DNA of 64,000 nt, taken from NCBI GenBank assembly GCA_041946735.1, contig JBHGAY010000015.1:32001-96000 (forward strand), written 5' to 3'. Positions 55,620 to 64,000 of this stretch are shown one piece after another. The stretch is from Candidatus Eiseniibacteriota bacterium (GTDB lineage Bacteria; Eisenbacteria; RBG-16-71-46; CAIMUX01; VGJL01). The stretch's first letter is position 1. Every line of letters starts with the position of its first letter. The notes below the pieces were generated by a model that was not told where the DNA came from, made no database searches, and saw only the letters and a list, made by a program, of their open reading frames with translations. The position numbers and the translations under genes are program-made.

Positions 55620-55853
55620 GACTGCTTCCCCCATCACCGAACGGTGTGTCGTTGACGCAACTGTGGAGTATCGTACCTTACCCGCCGGCCGGGCAAGGGC
55701 TCTTGCCCGCGTCGAGGCGAGCCGGCCCGGCGTACGCCGCATTTCGCCGCGGAGATCGACCGCCGCGAAGCAGACATGGGCGGGAGGGGGCTAGGCGTCA
55801 CGGGCGCGGGATCGAGGCGCAGGAAGGCCGGTTCCTACCGACGAAGGCTGTCC

Positions 55854-56846
55854 CTACTGGCCCTCGAAGAGCCCCATCAGGGCCATCGCGATCGCGGCGA
55901 TCGCCGCGCTCGCCGGGATCGTGAGCAGCCACGCCCACACGATCCGTGTCGCGACTCCCCAGCGGACGGCCGAGACGCGCCGGATCGACCCCACGCCGAC
56001 GATCGCGCCGGTGATCGTATGCGTCGTCGACACCGGGACCCCGAGCAGCGAGGAGCTGAGGATCGTCGCCGCCCCCGCCGTCTCCGCGGCGAACCCATCG
56101 ACCGGCCGCAGGTGCGTGATCCGCATCCCCATCGTCTTCACGATGCGCCAGCCACCCGACATCGTTCCGAAAGCGATGGCGGCTCCGCAGGAAAGCACCA
56201 CCCAGAACGGGATGTGGAAGGTCCCGATCATCCCGGAGGCGAACAGCAGCCCTGCGATGATCCCCATCGTCTTCTGCGCGTCGTTCGTGCCGTGCCCAAG
56301 GCTATAGAGGGCTGCAGAAACGAGCTGCAGCTTGCGGAACGTCTTGTCGACGCGGGACGGGGAGGATCGACGGAGGATCCAGGTCATGAGCACCATGATG
56401 AAGAACCCGAGGATGAATCCGATCATCGGAGCGATCACGATGAACGACACCGTGCGCGTCCAGCCGCTCCAGAGGATCGAGTCAAAGCCCGCGTAGGTCG
56501 CCGCGGCGCCCGCGTACCCGCCGATCAGCGCGTGCGAGCTGCTCGTCGGCAAACCGAGGTACCACGTGATCAGGTCCCATACGATGGCCCCGAGCAGGCC
56601 GGCCAGGATCACATGGGGAGTGACTGCGTTGAGATCGACGAGCCCTTTCCCCATCGTCTTCGCGACGTGCTCCCCGAAGACGAACACCGCGACGAAGTTG
56701 AAGAAGGCGGCCCAGACGACCGCCTTGCCAGGCGTGAGGACGCGGGTCGAGACGATCGTGGCGATCGAGTTGGCCGCGTCGTGGAAGCCGTTCAGATAGT
56801 CGAAGATCAGCGCGACAGCGACGACGACGACGACGAAAGCGACCAT
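55854..56846 (-). CDS. Inorganic phosphate transporter (PiT family)
   Basis: NGFHDAANSIAT, GLPTSSSHAL, HGTNDAQK, PVSTTH. Confidence 0.95.
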   Translation of the reverse strand: MVAFVVVVVAVALIFDYLNGFHDAANSIATIVSTRVLTPGKAVVWAAFFNFVAVFVFGEHVAKTMGKGLVDLNAVTPHVILAGLLGAIVWDLITWYLGLPTSSSHALIGGYAGAAATYAGFDSILWSGWTRTVSFIVIAPMIGFILGFFIMVLMTWILRRSSPSRVDKTFRKLQLVSAALYSLGHGTNDAQKTMGIIAGLLFASGMIGTFHIPFWVVLSCGAAIAFGTMSGGWRIVKTMGMRITHLRPVDGFAAETAGAATILSSSLLGVPVSTTHTITGAIVGVGSIRRVSAVRWGVATRIVWAWLLTIPASAAIAAIAMALMGLFEGQ

Positions 56847-56847
56847 C

Positions 56848-57495
56848 TCAGGAGTACTTCACCAGGACGTTCTCGATCAGGACCGCCACGTTCTCGCACT
56901 GGTCGGTGGCAGCCTCGAGCACAGCGAGCAGCTCGCGGCGCTTGATCAGCTCGATCGGGTCCTTTTCCTCCTGGAACAGCCTCGCCAAGGCTCGGTGGAA
57001 GATGTCGTCCGCCTGGTTCTCGTATGCGTTCACGCGCACCGACGACTCGCGGATGACGTCCGCCTGCCGCAGATCGTGCAGCAGCGGGATCGCGCGGTTC
57101 AGCTCGACCGCCTGCCGGGCGATGATCCGACTCAGATCCCGTACCGTGTCGTCGAAATCGACGAGACGGTACAGGCTGATGCTCGTCGCCGCGCGGTCGA
57201 CATGATCCATCACGTCGTCGAGAGAGGCGGCGAGCCCGGCGATGTCTTCGCGGTCGAGCGGTGTGATGAACGACTTGCCGAGCTGCCGGAAGATGCGGTG
57301 CGTCAGTTCGTCGCCCTTGTGCTCGTGTTCCTCGATCTGCTGGATCAGACGGTTGCGCTCCTCGGCGCTCGGCGTGTCGACGAGCGTGCAGAGCGCTTCC
57401 GAGGCGACCCGAATGTTTTCGACGTCCTGGACGAAGAGGCTGAGGAATCGATCCTCACGCGGCAGCAGCTTGTGGATGAACCGATCGATCCCCAT
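56848..57495 (-). CDS. DUF47 / PhoU-like phosphate transport regulator
   Basis: EHKGDEL, FITPLDREDI, LDDVMD, ENQAD; adjacent to the PiT gene. Confidence 0.92.
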   Translation of the reverse strand: MGIDRFIHKLLPREDRFLSLFVQDVENIRVASEALCTLVDTPSAEERNRLIQQIEEHEHKGDELTHRIFRQLGKSFITPLDREDIAGLAASLDDVMDHVDRAATSISLYRLVDFDDTVRDLSRIIARQAVELNRAIPLLHDLRQADVIRESSVRVNAYENQADDIFHRALARLFQEEKDPIELIKRRELLAVLEAATDQCENVAVLIENVLVKYS

Positions 57496-57605
57496 CGGAT
57501 GCCCGCTCCCTCTGACCTTCTTCTCGGTCGATTCCCGGACGCGCGACCGCCGGAAGCCTAACGCCGAACCCGAGAACGCACAAGCGCGGTTACATGCCGG
57601 TTTCC

Positions 57606-58592
57606 CTAACCTTCCGTCGTCGTCCGCGTGCGACTCGTTCCCGACGGCGGGCCGCTGCGATCGAGCGCGCGCAGCCGACGGATCCGCTCCTCGAGCGGCG
57701 GGTGGGTCGAGAAGAGCCCACGGGCGCGATCTTCGAAAGGACGGAACGGGTTGACGATGTAGAGATGCTGCGTCGCACGGTTGGCGACCTCGAGCACCTC
57801 CTTGTCGTTGCCAAGCTTCTCGAGCGCGCTGGCGAGCCCGTCCGGGTAGCGGGTGAGCTCGACCGCGGACGCGTCCGCCAGGTACTCGCGCTGACGGTTC
57901 GCCGCGAGCTGGATCAACTTCGCCAGGATCGGGGCGATGATCGACAGCACGACCGCGAAGATCAGGAAGATCGCCGTGCCCGCGCCTCCTCCCCGATCCG
58001 ACGAGGAGCGGCGGCGGCGCGATCCTCCCGCTCCTCCCCAGAAGACCCAGCGGCGGAAGACGTCGGCGAGCAGCACGAGGAAGCCGACCAGCACGGCGAG
58101 AAGCATCGCGAAGCGGATGTCGAAGTTCCTGACGTGCGACAGCTCGTGCGCGAGCACGCCTTGCAGCTCGTTGCGGTCGAGCTTCTCGCGCAGCCCCGTC
58201 GTGATGGCCACGGCGGCGTGTGCCGGGTCGCGCCCGGTCGCGAAGGCGTTCAACGCCGTATCTTCGATCCTGTAGATGCGCGGCATGGGGACTCCGCCCG
58301 CGATCGAGAGCTCCTCGACGACGTTCCAGAGCTGCGGATCGTCCTCTTTCCGGATCTCGCGCGCCCCGCTCATCCCGAGGATTGCGCCGGCGCCGCCATA
58401 CAGGCTCCAGAGGGCGAGGAATCCGGCCACGACGAGCGCGATGACCGCGGGCACGAGGCCGTCGCGTGGGCTGTCGCCGATCAGGGCGACCGCGAAGACG
58501 TAGACGGTCAGCGCGACGAGGACGACGAAGCCGAGGACGAGCAGGATCGAGTTGCGCCGGTTCTCGGCGATCAGATCTTGAAAGGTCGGCAT
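57606..58592 (-). CDS. htpX: M48 zinc metalloprotease HtpX
   Basis: NAFATG, GVLAHELSH, REYLAD, FSTHPP; downstream of lemA. Confidence 0.9.
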   Translation of the reverse strand: MPTFQDLIAENRRNSILLVLGFVVLVALTVYVFAVALIGDSPRDGLVPAVIALVVAGFLALWSLYGGAGAILGMSGAREIRKEDDPQLWNVVEELSIAGGVPMPRIYRIEDTALNAFATGRDPAHAAVAITTGLREKLDRNELQGVLAHELSHVRNFDIRFAMLLAVLVGFLVLLADVFRRWVFWGGAGGSRRRRSSSDRGGGAGTAIFLIFAVVLSIIAPILAKLIQLAANRQREYLADASAVELTRYPDGLASALEKLGNDKEVLEVANRATQHLYIVNPFRPFEDRARGLFSTHPPLEERIRRLRALDRSGPPSGTSRTRTTTEG

Positions 58593-58641
58593 CCGCTTCG
58601 CGCCGCCCGGAGGCTCTCCCGCCCTTTCGCGCTTCGCGCGC

Positions 58642-59202
58642 TTAGAACTTCACCTGAGGAGCCACCCGCTCGGCCGGAGCTTCGATCTCGAAGTACTCCT
58701 CGGGACCGAAGCCGAGCGAGGCGGCGAACAGATTCGCCGGGAAGCTGAGCCGCCTCGTGTTGTACTCCGCCACGGAATCGTTGTAGTGCTGGCGGGCGAA
58801 GGAGATCCGATTCTCCGTGCTGGCCAGCTCTTCCTGCAGGGCGAGGAAGTTCTGGTTCGCCTTCAGATCGGGGTACGCCTCGGCGAGGGCGAAGAGCTGG
58901 CGCAGCGCCGCCGTGAGCTGATTCTCCGCCTGCGCCTGCTGCGCGACGCCGCTCGCCGCAACCGCCGCGTTTCGGGCCTGCACGACCCGCTCGAAGGTCT
59001 CCTTCTCGTGCGCCGCGTACCCCTTCACCGTCTCGACGAGGTTGGGGATCAAGTCGTAGCGGCGCTTCAGCTGCACGTCGATCTGCGACCAGGCGTTCTT
59101 CACGCGTTGCCGCAGGCCGACCAGGGAGTTGTAGATGCCGATCGCGATAACCGCGAGCAGGACGACCAGGGCTACGATCACGAGGACACCGGCCATGCCC
59201 AT
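58642..59202 (-). CDS. lemA: LemA family protein
   Basis: NAWSQIDVQLKRRYDLIPNLVETVKGYAAHE, AYPDLKA. Confidence 0.95.
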   Translation of the reverse strand: MGMAGVLVIVALVVLLAVIAIGIYNSLVGLRQRVKNAWSQIDVQLKRRYDLIPNLVETVKGYAAHEKETFERVVQARNAAVAASGVAQQAQAENQLTAALRQLFALAEAYPDLKANQNFLALQEELASTENRISFARQHYNDSVAEYNTRRLSFPANLFAASLGFGPEEYFEIEAPAERVAPQVKF

Positions 59203-59320
59203 ACCCTCCCTCCGCGCCGAGAGGCGGCGCACCTTGAGCGGCGACGCCCGGCGCAGGTCGCGCTCGATCGTCGACGATGCGGCGGCGTCAGGCAAGAGGC
59301 CGAGTGCGCCCGCCTTCTCC

Positions 59321-61000
<1,680 letters not shown>

Positions 61001-61211
61001 GGACGAGCCTCCTTTGTCGGACGGTTTGCGCTCCGCCTGCCTCGAATCGAAGCGCGAAGAAAGGAAAAAGGATCGTAGCGCCCCGCGCGCTCTCCCGCCA
61101 CCGTCCGTCCCCGCGTTCCGTCCCCGCGGCCGCGGCCGCGGCGCAAGCACGGCACGCCGGGGCAGGGGGACATACGGCCGATCGTCCGGGGATGGATGAG
61201 GGAAGGACCTA

Positions 61212-61250
61212 GGACGCCGCGCTGTGGGGACGCCGCGTGAGGACGCCGCG
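61212..61250. repeat. GGACGCCGCG x3 upstream of a TACAAT -10-like box
   Basis: Copies at 61212, 61228 and 61241; TACAAT at 61291. Confidence 0.6.
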
Positions 61251-61363
61251 GTGTCGGCGCGCCGCGCTTTGTCGCGCGGCCGCCGCCGTCTACAATGATC
61301 CGCGCCGGATCGATCCTTCGCCTGGAGTCGGGTCATCCTCTGAGGAGTCGCAAGGAGGTTCCC

Positions 61364-63163
61364 ATGCCGCGCTCCGCCGCTTCCTGCCGCCGCGCCGTCG
61401 TCCTCGTCACGCGCTCCGCTTCCGCTCGCGCCATCGCCGCCGCCGCAACTCTTGGCCTCGCCCTCGGCCTCGGCCTCGCCCTCGTGCCGGCGGCCGGCGC
61501 CTGGCCCCACGTGTTCGCCGACGAGATCCATTCGAGCCCGATGGTCGCCGACATCCATGGCGACGGGATCCCGGAGGTGATCGTGCTGACGGCGGACGAC
61601 ATGCTGAACGTCCTCGGCCCGGACGATTCGCCGACGGCCGGCTGGCCGCGCTCGCTCGGCCCCGCCTCGCAGATTCCCGACGGACAGAACTGGGTCTCCG
61701 GTTCCGCCGCGGTCGTCGACCTCGAAGGGGACGGGTCGATCGAGATCCTCCAGGTGAGCTTCGACGGGAAGTTGCATGCGCTGAGCGCGACCGGAATCGA
61801 GAAACCGGGCTTTCCGATCTCGATGGGAAGCTACAGCGCCGATACCCCGACCGTCGCCGATCTCGACGGCGACCATCAGCTCGAGATTCTCTGCCGCTAC
61901 AACCCGGGCTCGATCGGCGTCTGGTCGCGCACCGGGCAGATGCTCCCCGGGTGGCCGCGCCCGATCACGAACGCGCCGGGCGGCGCGATCGACGTGTGGT
62001 CCTGCCCTGCGATCGCAGACCTCGACGGCGACGGGGAGATGGAGATCGTGGCTGGGGATTACGACGGATACTGCCGGGCCTTCCATCGCGACGGTTCGAC
62101 CGTCGCCGGCTGGCCGGTCGACGTCAACATCATGAACACCTACCCTGGCTGGTGCCTGTCGTCGCCGGCGACTGCCGACCTGGACGGCGACGGGCGCGAC
62201 GAGGTGGTGATCGGCAGCGACGACGACCGCCTCTTCGTGATCCAGGGGGACGGGACCTTCTTTCCCGGATGGCCGCGGGTGATCCCGTTCGGCTTCCGGG
62301 CCTCTCCCGCGCTTGGCGACTTGGACGGCGACGGCGACCTAGAGATCGTGATCGGACACCGCACCAGCGCCGGCGACCTTCGCCTCTACGCGTTGCACCA
62401 TGATGGGTCGATGGTCAGCGGTTGGCCGGTCGCGCAGGCCGCCGGAGGAGGCGGTTACACATTCGGCTGGCTCTCGCCCGTTCTCGCCGACCTGACGGGA
62501 GACGGACGGCCGGAGGTGATCGCAGTCAAGGAGCGGCGCGTCGCGAATCCAGACCAGGCGGAGATCTGGGCTTTCGGACCCAACGGAGGAGCCGCACTCC
62601 CCGGCTTTCCGATCTCGCTCGAGGGGCTCGCCTACGGCATGCCGGTGATCGACGACTTCGATCGGGACGGTCTTGCGGAGATCCTGATCGGCGACTTGAC
62701 CAGGCGGCTGTACAAGTTCGACCTCTCGCAACCGATCATCGCCGATCGCGAGCCGTTCGAGTGGCGGCGCCTGCAGAAGGACCTCGTGCATACCGGGCGC
62801 TTCGTCGTCCGTAATCCGGAAGGGAACGAGGAGGGCCGGGACCTGGGAGGGTCCGGTCGCCCGGCCGCCTGGGTTGCCGCTCCCAATCCGTTCGTCGATC
62901 AGGTGCGGCTGATGCCAGCGGGCCGGGGCGAGAACGGGAGCGGGGGCGAAACCGGAATCGGGATCGGGAACGGCACCGGCGCGACCGGCGGGTGGACCGT
63001 GCTCGACGCGCAGGGACGGCGCGTGCGCGCGCTGCGCGGGTCTCGGCCTGTCTGGGACGGCAGGAACGATGCGGGGCACGCAGCGGCTCCCGGAATCTAC
63101 TTCGCCTACCCGGATGGATCGGGCGGCACGCGCGGATTCGTGCGGCTGCTGAAGCTCCGGTAG
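61364..63163 (+). CDS. Secreted FG-GAP/VCBS repeat protein with C-terminal FlgD-Ig-like domain
   Basis: Repeated SPxxADLDGDGxxEIV...GWP units; [33 protein letters not shown]. Confidence 0.88.
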   Translation: MPRSAASCRRAVVLVTRSASARAIAAAATLGLALGLGLALVPAAGAWPHVFADEIHSSPMVADIHGDGIPEVIVLTADDMLNVLGPDDSPTAGWPRSLGPASQIPDGQNWVSGSAAVVDLEGDGSIEILQVSFDGKLHALSATGIEKPGFPISMGSYSADTPTVADLDGDHQLEILCRYNPGSIGVWSRTGQMLPGWPRPITNAPGGAIDVWSCPAIADLDGDGEMEIVAGDYDGYCRAFHRDGSTVAGWPVDVNIMNTYPGWCLSSPATADLDGDGRDEVVIGSDDDRLFVIQGDGTFFPGWPRVIPFGFRASPALGDLDGDGDLEIVIGHRTSAGDLRLYALHHDGSMVSGWPVAQAAGGGGYTFGWLSPVLADLTGDGRPEVIAVKERRVANPDQAEIWAFGPNGGAALPGFPISLEGLAYGMPVIDDFDRDGLAEILIGDLTRRLYKFDLSQPIIADREPFEWRRLQKDLVHTGRFVVRNPEGNEEGRDLGGSGRPAAWVAAPNPFVDQVRLMPAGRGENGSGGETGIGIGNGTGATGGWTVLDAQGRRVRALRGSRPVWDGRNDAGHAAAPGIYFAYPDGSGGTRGFVRLLKLR

Positions 63164-63175
63164 GCGGAGCCTCGC

Positions 63176-63520
63176 TTACCGCGTGCCGAAGTACCGAGCG
63201 AACGCCGCGACCAGCGCGATGAGCGCGGCGGCCACGACGAGCAGGATCTGCGGCTCGACGCGCGCGTGATCTCCGGAACCGCCGGTCCAGAGAAACGCGA
63301 CGATTCCGAGCGCCGCGACGATCACGACGGAAGCCACCGCGATGCGGGGATCGACACGCGCGCGCGTCTGCCGCTCCGCGGTCCGCAACGCGCGGCGCAC
63401 CTCGAGTCCCGAGACATCCGGATGCTCCCGGCGATACTCCTCGATCAGCGCCGTGATGCGCTGCGCGAGCTCGCTCGCCTTCCCTGCTCCCATGGGGACG
63501 ATTGGCACGAATCCCATCAT
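63176..63520 (-). CDS. Small hypothetical membrane protein
   Basis: Helical N-terminus plus two hydrophobic segments; AGAGGAG RBS. Confidence 0.7.
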   Translation of the reverse strand: MMGFVPIVPMGAGKASELAQRITALIEEYRREHPDVSGLEVRRALRTAERQTRARVDPRIAVASVVIVAALGIVAFLWTGGSGDHARVEPQILLVVAAALIALVAAFARYFGTR

Positions 63521-63726
63521 GACTCCTCTCGCCGGCGCCCCTCCCGGGGCACCCCGACCAACGGCTCACATTCTAACGCGCGCCGCGACTCCTGAGGCTC
63601 GATCCGCGAGACGATCGGCATCCCGTGTGGTGGAAACGCCCGGACGGCTCGCGTATACTTTTTCATGCGCTCGATCTCTACATGGGATTGCGATTGTTGT
63701 CGAGACAACCGATGAAGGGAGGCCGC

Positions 63727-64000
63727 ATGCCCCGGCCCGCCGCTGCCCTCGCGCCCACCGCTCGTCTCTCCGTACTCGCCCTCGGATTCCTTCTGGCGTT
63801 CGTTCTGCTGGCCGCCGATGCGGACGCCGGCAAGAACGGCAACGGCGCCATGATCGTCCATGCCGATCCGGCCTTGGCGTACTCGGTCGGTCACGACGTC
63901 TGCGGCACGCTCTACGAGCAGCACGCCCCGGTCTCTTGCGAGACCGCCGGCACCCGCATCGACGTTGCCCCCGAGGCGGCCGCGGTCGTCTGGTTGCTTG
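63727..64000 (+). CDS. N-terminus of a secreted protein running off the window
   Basis: GGGAGG RBS; signal peptide ending ADA followed by GKNGNGAMIVH...; frame open to the window end. Confidence 0.7.
   Translation, partial: MPRPAAALAPTARLSVLALGFLLAFVLLAADADAGKNGNGAMIVHADPALAYSVGHDVCGTLYEQHAPVSCETAGTRIDVAPEAAAVVWLL

Overview
GC-rich bacterial chromosomal window with about 50 protein-coding genes. No rRNA, tRNA, CRISPR array or transposase could be recognised. Secreted proteins with C-terminal FlgD-Ig-type domains and Cys-rich beta-helix modules suggest an FCB-related candidate phylum such as Ca. Eisenbacteria (inference only). Recognisable content: an asnB-like/beta-helix/TonB receptor cluster, thrS, a C10 peptidase, mscL, an encapsulated ferritin + encapsulin pair, CoA-activase genes, a sigma54 two-component system with an OmpA lipoprotein, an isocitrate dehydrogenase-family/citDE/citF operon, a dksA-like gene, queD, nfo, sodB, citrate synthase, a phosphofructokinase, ldcA, pit/DUF47, htpX/lemA and ettA. 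The most notable signals are: (1) a lipoprotein TPR-thioredoxin split by an in-frame UGA in a UxxC motif with an adjacent SECIS-like hairpin, i.e. a hidden selenoprotein; (2) a 1587-aa acyl-CoA synthetase/kinase-like/GNAT fusion with a displaced A10 lysine; (3) a CitD-CitE fusion apparently lacking the prosthetic-group serine, with no citC/G/X nearby; (4) a ~295-nt highly structured non-coding element, 52 bp of which recur as a perfect inverted copy 5 kb away; (5) a frameshifted beta-barrel paralog; (6) candidate sigma54 promoters before stress-type genes.
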